Part shown: positions 41,254 through 54,857 of the stretch, one piece after another
Numbering within the stretch: position 1 is the stretch's first letter
Layout of the letters: every line of letters starts with the position of its first letter
Assembly: GCF_009914755.1 (NCBI RefSeq)
Contig: NC_060936.1
Strand: one strand, 5' to 3'
DNA length: 64,000 nucleotides
Source: the human T2T-CHM13v2.0 reference genome, Homo sapiens
The notes under the pieces: generated by a model
The model's input: only the letters and a program-made list of their open reading frames with translations
Databases searched by the model: none
What the model was told of the DNA's origin: nothing
Position numbers and translations under genes: made by a program

Positions 41254-43227
41254 TGTGTTTGTGTCCCCCCGAAATTCATGCATTGAGATACTCTCTCCCA
41301 AGGTGATGGTGTTAGAAGTAGAACCTTTGGGAGGTGATTAGGTCATGGAGGAGGAGTCCTCATGAATGGGACCAGGGCTCTTTCGAAAGATGCCCAAGAA
41401 AAATTCCCCTTGCCCCTTTCCCCAAGTCAGGACACAGTAAGAAGGTGCCATCTGTGATCCAAAAAGCAGACCCCCACTGGACACCAAATCTGCAGGCACC
41501 ATAATCCTGGACTTCCCAGCCTCCAGAACTGTGAGAAATAAATGTTTGTTGTTTTGAAGCTACCTAGTTTATGGTATTTTTGTTGCTGTTGTTATAGCAG
41601 TCCAAATAGTCTAAGACAGAAAATTGTCTTACGAAGAAGTGGGATGCTGCTATAACAAATATCTAAAATGTAGAAGTGCTTTGAAACTGGGTAGTGGGTA
41701 GAGGCTGGAAGAGTTTTCATGTGCATCCAAGAAAAAGCCAACATTGCCATAAACAGATCCTTAAGGATGATTCTGTGAAGTCTCAGAGGAGAGGAGGAGA
41801 GCTACAGAGAAAGCATGTAGCTCTAATACTTTTTGAATTCTCTAAGAGTATTCTTAAAGACTTCATAGAAGGTCACAAACAGAACATTGGTAGAAATATG
41901 GATGGTAAAGGTCATTCAGAGGAGGTATCAGATAGAAATGAGGAACATCTTACTGGAAACTACAGAAGAGCCATCATTGTATAAAGTAGCAATAAACTTG
42001 GCTGAGTTGTATTCATGCCCTACTGATTTATGGAAGGTAGAACTTGCCAGAGATGAAATTGAATATTTGGGTGAAAAATATGTAAGCAAAGTGTTGACAG
42101 AACGTCTGGTTCCTCCTGACTGCTTACAGTAAAATATGAGAAAAGAGAAATGCCTTAAAGATGGAATTGCTAATTAAAAAGGAAACGGAACTTGAATTTT
42201 TGGAAAATCCTCAGCCTATCCATATTGAAAAACATGAAAAAGTCTGTTTGGAAGTGTGGCCAAGTGACCATTCGTAAAGAGTTTACTAGGGATCAGGCAT
42301 CTCAAGGGAAGCCAGATGCTATTTATCATGACAATGGGGAGATGAATTAGCCACCTAAAGAGAAGCCAGGACCTACTGTCCAAAACAATGGAAGAATGAC
42401 CCCAGCAGATTTAGGAGATTATCAGGGATGCCCCTCCCATCACAGGCCCAGAATATAAGGAGCTAGCGGCCAAAAAGATTTCAAAGGAGGGGGTGCCACC
42501 TCACATCATGAGCTTCACTTTCCCATACCCTGTGACTGGGCTCCTAGGCTGCCCCAGGTATGGCTCCAGTGGACCCCATTACAGCATGCACTGTGTCCAG
42601 CAAAGCTGTGGGGGAGTTGAGTGGGGAGGAGCTGCTGCCTCCACCTGGATTTCAAAGGATGCCCTGGTGAGCTGTGGGGCCCAGGCAATAGAAAGCACCA
42701 TCTATCAACCAGAAGCAGGCTCTCACCAGACACTGAATCTGCTGGCACCATTATATTAGTCTATTCTCACACTGCTAATAAAGACACACCCGATACTCGG
42801 TAACTTATAAAGGAAAGAGGTTTAATTGACTCACAATTCCACATGGCTGGGGAGGCCTCACAATCATGGCTGAAGGCAAAGGAGGGGCAAAGTCATATCT
42901 TACATGGCAGCAGGCAAAGAGCATGTGCAAGGGAACTCCCCTTTATAAAACCATCAGATCTCATGAGACTTACTCACTAACACAAGAACAGCACAGGAAG
43001 AAACTGCCCCCATGATTCAATTCCCTCCCACCAGGCCCCTCCCATGACACGTGGGAATTATGGGAGCTACAATTCAAGATGAGATTCAGGTGAGGACACA
43101 GCCAAACCATATCAACCATGATCTTGGACCTCCTAGCCTCCTGAACTGTGAGAAATAATTGCTTGTTGTTTACAAGCCACCCAGTCTATGGTATTTTTGT
43201 TACAGTAGCCCAGGCCGACTAAGACAA
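41254..43227 (+). mobile_element. MLT1A-like MaLR provirus remnant (LTR about 41254-41618, internal region to about 42690, partial 3' LTR to 43227)
   Basis: Two LTR 3' ends (cctccagaactgtgagaaataaatg...ctaagaca; cctcctgaactgtgagaaataattg...ctaagaca) flank MaLR-int sequence (gaaaattg...ctttgaaactgggta). Confidence 0.8.
42752..43114 (-). mobile_element. THE1B/C solo LTR, 363 bp
   Basis: Reverse complement starts tgatatggtttggctgtgtcc; 5-bp TSD accat at 42747-42751 and 43115-43119. Confidence 0.92.
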
Positions 43228-46200
43228 CTAGTCTGAAGACAGGTACTTCAAGCACGGTCACTCACCCATTCCAGAGCTGCCTACGGGGACATAAAGGCTC
43301 AGCCCCCTCACCCTAATGGAGACAGCCCTGAAGACATCCCAACTTCAACCTCCCAGAAGCCTCCACTAAACTGCATCACAACCCAACTTCTCCCTTTCTC
43401 AATCTTGCTTTCCCTCCCATTCTACTGGTGTTGATCCTAAGAGCTCTCCCTAATAAGTCTTCTTCATGCTAATCCTCTCCCAGAGTCTGCTTCCTGAGGA
43501 ACACAACTGGCAATACGTAATTCTAGAGTTGCCGAGAATTGTGGTCATTGCTGCTGTTATTTAAAAATCAGTGCAAGGATTTCAAGATGTTATGAGAAGT
43601 ACATGCTCATCTGATACAATACACACAGACACAAAGGGACAAGAAGGAAACCTACCACTGTGGATGGGATTATACCCATGTTCCTGCCTTTTCTTAGAGT
43701 CTAAAGCTTCCCTTGACTTGAGTGTGTGATTTGGATGGCCAGAAGGTGTAGGGAGAAAGGAACCACATATGGAAGATGGGTAAGTGTGGGGAACATGGTA
43801 CATAATGGAGATAAGATAGTTCTTTCAGAAACAAAGGGACTTCACTGAAAGCAGAGCATGGACAGAGGGAGGACAGACAGAATCGAGCCATCTCAAGAAG
43901 AATAAGCTTGAATGCCCAGAGGCAGCATGGTGCTGGGAAGTGCTAAGTCCAGAAATCGAGTTTTTCAAGTGATAAACGGTAATTGGTTGTGCCTTCCCTT
44001 TGCATGTAAACTTTGCTAACACTTCTTAGCACTGTGAACTCTACTGCAAACTTAACTGCTTTGCAGAGACCTGAAAAGAGCTCAGTCAGGTGAAAAATTC
44101 AAAAGAGATGAACACTGGGAAGAGTCTGTAATAGGACACTAGCTTGTACGTATGTGTTCTTTGGTTTTGATCCTTATACTAAACCCTTTTCTATTCTTTC
44201 TGATCCCCCATTTCCACATACACACTTTTTCATGGTCTCACCTCACACTCGGTTAAGTCTTTATTTTTCTCCCTTTCTTTCTTTCCTTTTTTTTTTTTTT
44301 TTTTTTTGGTAAGATACTCTGAGTATATCCAGTGGACTAGGGCTTCTGGTTTCAGGACATTCAAGCTGGTGTCTTACAAAGAACAATCATAGCTATTAAT
44401 CAGAAGATAAGCTTCACAGATATTTTCTAAAAAGGTTGTTTTGCAACACACATAAAAGAAGAACGCCATTCAATGAACGAGGAAGATTACATACTAATCT
44501 TCAAATAATCAGTTTTGAACTAAAAGAGATTGCAAAGATCATATTTAGACTAACCTCGTAGTTTTATAAAAGAAGAAATTATTTCCTGGCAGATTTTTTT
44601 TTTGTCTGCAAATATTTTCTTCCTTTCTCACCCATAAAGCAATATTTAAAAATGTTTCTGCCCCGCCCCTCTCATCTCAATTTCCCTTCTCCTTTTTAAC
44701 AGTAACTATGCTGCCAGAAAAAGCACTTCAAGGTAGATAATGTGCAGTCCCTATAAAGGCAAACAAACAAACAAAAAATTAAACTGCACAAGCAAGTGGC
44801 TCTTTGCCAGGAGATGGAGAGTTGACATCCTCTTACTTTGTTCCCCAAATCTCCTAGGGCAAGGGGTACTCCTGGACATAGATAGATTCAAAGCACATCT
44901 CACTACCCTGCCTCCTGTCTCCGCCCTACCCTGGGTTGGGTCCACAGGGCTGTAAGTCACTCGGGACAGCAGAATTATTTTAGGAAAGGAGGATAATTCC
45001 AGGCTGTTGTGGTTGCCTGTATCTTATTCTCTAAGGCCAAAGGCACTTCATTTCCAACTCTGAATCCTCAAAGAAAAAGAAATCCTACAAATAAATGGAA
45101 TTCTCCATTGAATTTTTTTTAAGTGACTCCTCATTTTCTACATCATAACATATATACCAACAAAAAGGATTATCTGGTTCCTGACTGGGAATAGGCCCAC
45201 ATTTCAGTGCTTAGCTATGGAAACTCCCAAGAATTTGAAATTGAGCAAAAGCAAAATGAGAGAAGCTATGAAGAAACTATTTAGCTCTTGGTTGGTCTTT
45301 TGGTAGTTTTCTATGATCTACTGCCTTTTCAAATTATGGTGAGTTCAAGGATGGGCAGGAAGACAACAGTGAAAAGAAATTGTAGTGGTGTCCTAGACAC
45401 AGTAATTATGCCCAAAGTTCACTGAACGATGTAGACTTTATTGTTCCATGTTGGAGATCCAAAGTTGAACCCCAGTCCCGTTCAAACAGCAAGCACAGAT
45501 AGGTAGAAGGATATTAACAGGATAACTAAATAACAAACCAGACCCAAACCATTTCCAGACTGTGTCCACTCCTCTATTCTAACCACATGCATATTCACAT
45601 GGAGATGATACTCGAATGATTCAGAGTTATACACATATCATGCTGTTCCACAGAAGATGTGTAAGTGGGATTCACATTTGTCCTCAACTATTTAAGTGAC
45701 TCTCCAGTAGAATAAAATATACCCATGCTGTTGTAAAAGAAAAAAGGGCTCTTAATTATTAGTAGAAATAGAAAGCTTTGGGTTGTATATCCTTTAGCAA
45801 GTATAAAACAGATGTATGCTTCTAAAAGTGAAATGTTTGCAAAGAATATGGAAAATATCCAGTTCATCAGCTTGTATGTGCATTTGCTTTTAACTTCTAT
45901 AAGTGACAAAGAAGAACATGGCTTGCCATAATCCTTCTACTCAAAAGATCAATTACACTGAATGGTGCCTGTGCATTTAAAATCACTGAGAGCAAATCGT
46001 AAGTATTAGGCAAAGCAAATTGACTCAACCACACAGCCTCCTGGGAGCAAGTACATTTGTTTGAAAACAATATTTCTTAAGTAAATGTATAGCCAATGAA
46101 AGGTATTGGATTGATAGTCCTGAAGATCTGATCTTCTATTTCACTACAGTGAAGGCCACAGCAGTGCCAGCTCCCTGTGTCTCCATATGAGCAAGCCTCA

Positions 46201-47382
46201 ATCATTTTCTGAACGGACCACCTTTAGGGTACAAAGATAAAAAGCTGCTTCTGAGCCTAGCAATTTCTGCTGAGCGTGCCAACTATAAGCCATTGTGACA
46301 GGGAGCAGCCACAGCCTGGAAGCTAGACGCAGACCCCCAACCAGATCTAGGATGAGGACAACTTACAATGACACTGAGGTGGGCTGCTGTGTGACCAAGG
46401 ATGCAGAAGAAAAAAACTTCTGTAATTGCCACTTTCCAAGCCAGCCATCTCTACAACCTCAAACACTCATCACTGGCATCTAAAGCTACAGGATTTCCCA
46501 GAAAAAACAAATGAATGCTGTGCGTGCACATCCTATTTAAGCCTGGCGCCACTGAGGCTGGCAAAAAATGGAACTCCAGGAACTGTAAAGCCTTTTCCTT
46601 CTAGATATGCCTCCTCTTCTGCTCTCCTGCGTCTGACCTGCCAAACACATTTTTCTGCATGTCCAACCCCAACTGTGCTGGAGAAAAATTAGTAAGTGGG
46701 AAGTAAGGATAAAAAAGATGTAGTTCTAGTACACAAAATTTTCCTGACATGATATGAGCATACAGAACTGTATCATTTACTTAAAGGAACTGGTCTATCT
46801 AGCAACAATGTTTATAAAACCACTTTCTTTTTTTTTTTTTTTTAATTGTACTTTGCAAATGACTTCCCATTGAAGATAAAGTTTCATTAAAAGAGAAAAA
46901 TACTTACAGTATGAGAGGAGTCCATATGAAAAAAAAAAGAAGAAAATACAATCCAAATCATTTAGATATCAAAGAGCCAAGATGATGATACAGAGTATTG
47001 TAATGTGGTAACATTGCTATGACTCCTAACAGTTGATCTTTAAAATAATATTTCTTTTTTTTTCTCTAGGTACTTTCCACAATCTGGGATTTCCTCTCTG
47101 GCATCGACCTTTGTCTCACCCTGCACCACAGGAATTTTTCCCATGCTTGACAATCCTATCTCCATATTTGGAGATTCCAGAAAAGTGTTTCTTCTTGCTT
47201 CTTCTGTTAAGAATTTATACAGTCTAACAGAACTTTTGTTAGGAATTTATAGTCTAAGAGAGAACCCAGCTATAATATTAATAACACATCTCCTAGTAGA
47301 GTTGTAAGATCATTCTTGAAGTTTGAATTGTCACCTTGCATAACATAAATCGTTTTCCTACCAGATTAATTATTTAAGTTCT

Positions 47383-47885
47383 TAACTTTTTTGTTTTAAA
47401 AAACTTTCAAATTTATAGAAAGAGTTGCAAGAATAGTACAAAGAACTCCCACATAGACTTTGCTCAGATTGATTAGATTCACAAATCCTGCCACATTTGC
47501 ATCTGTCTCCACACACACCCACACACACACACACACACACACTCACACACACACATCTTTCCTGCTCTATTTGAAAGTTGGTTCTAGACATCATGCCCTT
47601 TCAACTTTCAATTCTTCAGCATGTATTTGCTAAAAACAAGTACATTAGCTTAGCTAAGCACAGTGCAATTACAAAAGTCAAGAAATCTAACTGACATAAT
47701 CAATATTCAAATATAACCTGCAATCCATATTTCTACAATCCATTTTCAAATTGTATCACTTGTGCCAATAATATCTTCTATAGATAATATTTCTCCTAAT
47801 CCAGGATCCAGTACTGAATTGCATATTGCATTTAGTTGTCATGTCTCTTTAATCTCCTTTAATCTGAAACAGTTTCTCAGCCTTC
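47383..47885 (-). mobile_element. Old L1 (L1MC/ME) 3' fragment containing (CA)n at about 47509-47553
   Basis: ttcaaatttatagaaagagttgcaagaatagtacaaagaactccc...ttgcatttagttgtcatgtctcttt. Confidence 0.7.
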
Positions 47886-48079
47886 GACATTTTTGCCCAC
47901 ATAGATATTCTCTATTCTCCATTCAGCAGTCAACATGATCAGATCATATCAATCCCTTCTCAAATCCCTCCAGAGATTGCCCACCAAACTTAAAACAAAA
48001 TTCTACCCTCCCTCACTCCATCAGTCTCCATATCATTGACCTACTTTATTTTTCTTCACAGCATTATCAGATGTTACAG

Positions 48080-48090
48080 GATAGATAGAC

Positions 48091-48146
<56 letters not shown>

Positions 48147-48195
48147 TAGATAACCTGGCTGTTTCTCCTATTATAGATAGATAGACAGATAGATA
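48080..48195. repeat. Compound tetranucleotide STR (TAGA)11(CAGA)3(TAGA) plus a second short block
   Basis: Direct reading: perfect (TAGA)11 at 48091-48134. Confidence 0.95.
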
Positions 48196-48542
48196 ATCTG
48201 ACTATTTCTCCCAATAGGAGAAAGGAGAAATTTTGCCCATTTATTTATTAATTGTCTTCCCTGTGGCTAACAACTTTGTTTATCTTGTTCATTACTTATT
48301 ACCAGTGACTAGAACTGTGTCTGGCATGTAGTAATTCTTCAATACATTCTTGTTAAATAAATTAATAAATTATTATCAGATTGCTGAAAGAATAATTAAG
48401 GTATCTAGAAGTCAGTGGAATTCACTAAAAAATATGAGAATTATAGAAATTAAATTTATGTGTCTTTGAGGGCAGATATAAACAGGACGGTGGAGAGAGC
48501 AAACAAGGTAACAACTTTTCCAAGAAAAAAAGTACTTTCCTT

Positions 48543-48925
48543 AGGCAAAACTATGGAAAGAGAAAAAGATCAGCAGTTGCCAGGGGATGGTGAGGAGGTG
48601 GGAGAAGGGTTGAATATGCAGAGCACAGAGAATTTTTAGGGCAGTGAAAAGATGCTGTACGATACTATAATGTTAGATACGTGTCATTATACATTTGTCC
48701 AAATACATAGAATGTGCAACACCAAGAGTGAACCCCAATGTCAACGATGAACTTTGGGAATAATGATGTCAATGTTGGTTCACTAGTTGTAATAAATGTA
48801 CCCCTCTAGTGGAGGATGTTGATATGGGGACGCTATGCATGTTGGGGGGCAGGTGATAAATAAAAAATTTCTGTATCTTCCTCTTAATGTTGCCATGAAC
48901 CTAAAACTGCTCTAAAAAAAAATGT
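48543..48925 (+). mobile_element. L1MC1-like 3' end
   Basis: ggcaaaactatgga...gtcattatacatttgtccaaa...aacctaaaactgctctaaaaaaaa. Confidence 0.8.
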
Positions 48926-50794
48926 CTTTAATAAAATACTCTTCATGGTGAAACACTGAAGGCAGATTGTAAGCAGTGAGATCAAAAGTCAGGATCAACT
49001 TCTAGCTTTCTAAGAATAATTTAGTTTAGATTGAAGATTGTAAAAGCATAACAAGCAGCTTTAGTATGGACATTTCAAGTGTTATGTACCCTCTGGGAGT
49101 GGTAAAAGGAGTCTCACTAGTGAGATTCAGGCAGCGGAATTAATATAGACCCCTGCATGTCCCTGCTCTTTGATTAACAACTACGGTTCTTGGTCTTTGC
49201 TTTTTCTCATTCATATGTTGCTCATAGATTTATTTTTATAAAATGTTCAATTTACATTAAAGATGCAATAATAGTAAAGAATATTCATATACGCTTTCCT
49301 TTTTTCTCCATTTGCTTTCGTGGTTCCTCTCTGAAACCCTTATTATTCTCTTTCTGAATGTATACTATATATAATCATCTTATTATGCTCTTAGAGATTA
49401 CCATTCTGGATAATTACACCATGTAGATTCAGGTTGTCTTTTATTTCCAAATGTTCTCTTGGATTGCAATTTTAAATACTCATTCTGTTCCATTTTCTTG
49501 TTTTTCTTCTTCAGGGACTCCAGTTATTCATATGGTGGCTCTTCTTTGCCTTTCTTCCATTTCAGCCTCTTTCCCTCTCACCCTCATCACTTGTTTCTTT
49601 GGATCATTGTCATTCTCTTCATTGTTCTCCTGCCTTTCTTCAGTGTCACCTATTTGATTTTCCTTCAAATCTATTCTCTCTTTGACACCTTATAATTTAA
49701 TCTGTATTGGTAAAAAATAAATGAATAAATAAAGCCAACCATTTTATTCTATTTCTTTCCTAAGTTCAATCAATTTTCATTTCATTTCTTCTTGGGTTTT
49801 GGTCCATTTCTGATCTTAGTTTTTGAATTTATGAATCAAACTGTTTTCCATAGTCCACTGTGCTTGAAGCTACTTAATTCCATTTAGAGTACCATGTTAC
49901 AATATTCTTCTGCTTCACAGTTACTCTTCAGAGAGGAATTTCCATCCACTGAGGTGTTTAGATTTTTCCATTCTGTTTTGGTCTTACAGTGGTTTCACAT
50001 AGTGATACCGATGACATTTACACATTCAGCAGACAGGATCCACAAGGAGCGGGTTTATAGGATCTCTTGTTCAACATCGCCCCCTCCTGTCAGAGTCATG
50101 AAGTGCAGTTTCTTTAAAATTTGGCTTTTGGTAGAGGTCGGTGGAGGAGTGGTATGTCCATCGATGTTTCAGGTTTCTTTTGTCTTGTGGTATTCTAGAT
50201 CTCCCCATCTTGCCTCTTTTTCTTTCACCAAAAGACTCGAAGGGGTGCCCTTCCCTTACCTGCAACCTTGTTCATCCCTAGAAGCACTGCTTTTCCACAG
50301 CTGCTCCCTGTGCTATTTCAAGTCCCTTCCTTTTAAGTTGGTGCTCTTATCTACCTGGATACTTTTTCCATATTTTCACACCTAGATAAACTTTCTCTTT
50401 CTAAGGGTGATTTTCATACAATTTCATTTCATTCCCTTTGCACACGATCCCTTTTCTCTTCCCCAGTTTCTCCAAAAACCACTCACCATCCTCAAAGCTT
50501 GCAATGGGAGCTCACCAGGCAGCTGTACTAAAAATGAATGTTTATTTTTCTACTTACAGTAACTAGCATTTGCACTGTCCCCTCGCTTCTAGTTATGCTG
50601 AAGGTGAGGGATTTCTGTGGTTCAATTGGCTTCTTATTGATTTGTACAGTTTTTTGAAAGCTATAAAAGGAATTGAGATTTGGGCAGCAGCAATTAATTA
50701 CTTCAGCTTACTGTAAGTTGCTCATTTATAATTCTTAACTAGGTATTTCTTCTTTATGTCTGAAATTAGGTTTCTGGTTTTGCCCTTTTAATAC

Positions 50795-51232
50795 TGTAGT
50801 GGATGTTGTAGTGGATACTATTGTGCTCCACCCATGTCCCCTTTTCAGGGCTGAGGCTCTTATTGCCCCAGCTGCTGGGCATTCTTGTTGCTAACTATTT
50901 ACAGCTGTACCTCTCACTAGGCCAGACTCTTACCCAATGTTACACAGCCCCCTCCAGGATGAAGCCAAGTAGCTAATAGCTGGCTGATACAAAGACACAA
51001 AGGGTGGCCCCCTTTGCCTTAATTTGTGACAATTCCAAAGAGCATCCCAGCTCCAAAACTCCCTACAGGATGAGCTGAGGTCTCAGTCATAACTGCATTG
51101 CAGATGAGCTCTGCCTGCACAGTCCTACCTTCCTCACTTCCTTACAGGTACATATCCAAGTGCACTCTTCGATATACCTTCTGCAAACAAGCCTCTAGAT
51201 CAGGGTGTTTTTAGGGTATCCAACCCAAGACA
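50795..51232 (+). mobile_element. LTR16C-like ERVL solo LTR
   Basis: tgtagtggat...ccccagctgctggg...catcccagctcc...aacccaagaca. Confidence 0.65.
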
Positions 51233-51520
51233 ATCGTCATAAAAACTTTGTATTGACTTATGAGACAGGCACTGTTGAAAGTCCATTGAATATATTGTAT
51301 ACATTCCCTCAATTCTTGCAAGGAAACTGTGAGAAGGATATTGTTATTACCATCTTCATATCTCAGATGAGAAAAGAAAAATCATAGAGAAGACAAGTAC
51401 CTTATAAATGGTCAAGGCAGGATTTGAATACAGATACTCTAACTTGAAAACCCATTCTCTTATCCACTTCACTCCACAGGTTCCCACACTGGCGTGGCAT
51501 TCACTCCTTCTCTGGCGTGA

Positions 51521-51847
<327 letters not shown>

Positions 51848-52283
51848 TTCCTTGCATCCGTCTAAGCTCTGCTGTGGAGCACAGCCTTCAAATCTATTCT
51901 CTCTTTGACACCTTATAATTTCATCTGTATTTGTAAAAATAAAAGAGGCTGAGGCAGGAGAATTGCTTGAACCACATGATCACAAACATCAAGATGTTTT
52001 CATTTTTTAACACAGAATATTTTCACAAGTGGCTTGGCTATAATGTTAGTTGCTAAAGATGGAATCTGACCTTATGAATTCATCTTTCAAAGCTTTAGCA
52101 TTATAAACAGAGATGCATGTTTGTAAATCCACCTTATTATCACTCAGCCCTGTCATAGGAATTGTGTTCATATGCACACATATATTAGCAGGTACACAAT
52201 AGCAACCCCTTCTCTGTAGTTTTGTTTTTTATCTTACTTCCAAGTAATAACAATGATATTATCACATTTCCCAAAATTCTTAC

Positions 52284-52434
52284 CTCCATCTTGAAATTTG
52301 CTTAATCTTTCAAAGTATGATGACATGGGGGCCTGTACAATGTCTAAAATAGCCAGAAGTGTTCTTGTTAGCCTTAATAACTCACTGAAACTATAAAATC
52401 CAAAGTATATAAGATTCCGAGCCAAGTGGACCAC
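52284..52434 (-). CDS. ITPR2: ITPR2 exon G, 151 nt: [16 protein letters not shown]...SKFQDG(G)
   Basis: Long pyrimidine tract, then aag|GTG ... GGA G|gtaaga, phase 0-1. Confidence 0.96.
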
Positions 52435-52857
52435 CTTAATAAAAAAAAAAAAAGCGGGGAGGGGGAGGGTGAAAGAGTGGAAAAAAAAATTGGGTACTGA
52501 AATAAACATTGGCTTTTTTATTATCTAAATTAGCACAGCAATTTCTAAACTTCCTAATTCTTTAACACCTAGGAATTAAAATACTTGCAAAAGCAACCAC
52601 TTGAACTTTGATTTATTCAAGTCTAGAACTAAATCCAAGCAAGACTCAGAGTGCTTTAAGGTACTTAACAAAATTTACACTAGAATTATTTACATCCTAA
52701 TTAAACATTAAGTAATTTAAGTCAGCAGGATGCCACTTAATAAATGGTTGCATCAATTAATTACTTTAATAAATGGCTATTATCCAAGAAATTTGCCCAG
52801 AAATCTATGTTCCCTATGCTGCTTTGTGGTCTTGTGGATCGCACAGGACATTCCAAG

Positions 52858-53356
52858 TGCGAGAGTCTACCTCCAAGATGTGGCCCCAGTGCACAGTCTC
52901 CCCCTACCACACTGTATCAGAGTTGGTCCAAGTAACCAACAGAAGTGATGACATGTCACTTCCAAGATTAGATTACAGAAGACTGCAACTTCCATCTTGT
53001 ACTCTCTCTCTCTCTCTCTCAGATGGCTTGCTCTGAGGAAGCCAGGTACCATGTCATGAGGACACCCAGGCAGCCTACAGAAAGGCCCACATGGCAGGAA
53101 GCTGAGGTGCCAACAGCCAGCAAGGAGGTGTGGCCACCAACAACCCCTCCAGTGACCTTAGAAACAGACTGTCCAGCCCTAGATGGCTGCAATCCCAGTC
53201 AACAGCTTGCTGGCTACCCCATCACAGACCCTGAGCCAGAACCACCCAGCTAAGCTATTCCCAGGTTCCTGACCCATAGAAGCTATGATAATGTTTGTTG
53301 CTTCAGGCTGCAAGTTTTGGAGTAATTTGTTATACACCAGTAGGTAGCTAATACAC
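52858..53356 (+). mobile_element. MLT1F-like MaLR LTR
   Basis: gaagccaggtaccatgtcatgaggacac...ccctgagccagaaccacccagctaagct...ggagtaatttgttatac...gctaataca. Confidence 0.75.
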
Positions 53357-53641
53357 CAGTTATCAAGTAACAGCATCCTTTCTCTAGTTTTGTCACTACA
53401 TCCCCAAACTGAAAGTATTTCAATTCAGTTTGGTGAAAATAAAAACATCTCCATAGAGATAAAAAAAAGTATCCAAACATTTTACAAAATATGCAAAACT
53501 GCCTTTCTTTATTACATGCAAAAAATCTTACACAAATGAAACAAAAAATCAAGGGAAATAGTAATTAATAGACAATTATAAATAAAATGTTTTGTACTGG
53601 ACATCAAAGCACCAAATCTATCTTCTAAAAATGGCAGAGAA

Positions 53642-53979
<338 letters not shown>

Positions 53980-54016
53980 TTACCAAAACATCCTAAATAT
54001 TAGAGGGACAAAGTAC

Positions 54017-54161
54017 CTCAAATGTCAGTTTATTTTTTTCTTTATCCCCAAAAGGAAAGGGCTGGTTTACAACTTCTTTCAAATATTCTTCAACAAATTC
54101 CATTGTCAGGGCAAATTTCCTCTTCATATCATTTCTGGAAGAGTCTGTTATAGAATCATAT
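54017..54161 (-). CDS. ITPR2: ITPR2 exon F, 145 nt: [48 protein letters not shown]
   Basis: cag|A TAT GAT ... TTT GAG|gtactt, phase 2-0; read manually. Confidence 0.95.
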
Positions 54162-54605
54162 CTGGAAATAGAGAAAGAAGATAACGCAAGTTAAACTGAT
54201 TGCAATCATTTAAAAATAGGAAAACACACGTAGTTTCCTGGGTGCATAATCTTGGATAAATTAGTTAGCTTTCCTAGAGGCTGGGTCCTCATCTGTAAAA
54301 TGGGGCTATTGTGAAATGAGTTAGCACGCGTAAAGCAGTTATATCAGTCTACCACAATATTAAGTACTTACAATTCTTGCTCATTACATCAATATTATTT
54401 ACTGTTTTCTAGAAAGTGCCTTTATTACCACTGAGAGTTATCATTTCACCCTTCAAAACGAGTATCTTATTTGCATTTAGAAGATTAACAACCCAAGACA
54501 GGATACACAAATGCCTTTCCACATGTTTCATTTCAAAACTGTAGACATTTGATGTGGAGTTCATCTGATGAATTCCAAAGCCTCAAGACCTTTTTCCAAA
54601 CATAC

Positions 54606-54857
54606 TCATGAATTGTGATCTTTGTGGGGATTTCTGTCCAGAGCCTGGCATAGCGAACAGGCACCACGGACTCCTGGGGATCCCGGTCAACGTGCATGTG
54701 GAGCATGAGGCGACAGAAGGACGCTCGGAGGTCGAACGGCAGGCTCTCATCCGACACACACCGCAGGATCAGGTCTACAGACAGCTGTGTAGAAATCTGG
54801 TTTATGGCCAGATACTGGCGATCCAAGCACATCCTTGCAAAGAGGTTTAGCTGGTAC
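54606..54857 (-). CDS. ITPR2: ITPR2 exon E, 252 nt: [15 protein letters not shown]...PTKITIH(E)
   Basis: aag|G TAC CAG ... CAT GA|gtatgt, phase 2-2; overlaps ORF 54533..54832. Confidence 0.96.

Larger units (their letters stand above)
41146..43514 (+). mobile_element. LTR16-like ERVL LTR split by a MaLR insertion (pieces about 41146-41253 and 43228-43514)
   Basis: 5' tgtggtggatgctgtgatgctcctgcccagattccc; 3' ...ctccctaataagtcttcttcatgctaatcctctcccagagtctgcttcctgaggaac. Confidence 0.6.

Noticed and set aside
49894-50385. 163-aa ORF, the longest in the track
   Set aside because: F/S/L-rich composition in T-rich, probably degraded antisense L1 sequence; no recognisable domain or splice context.
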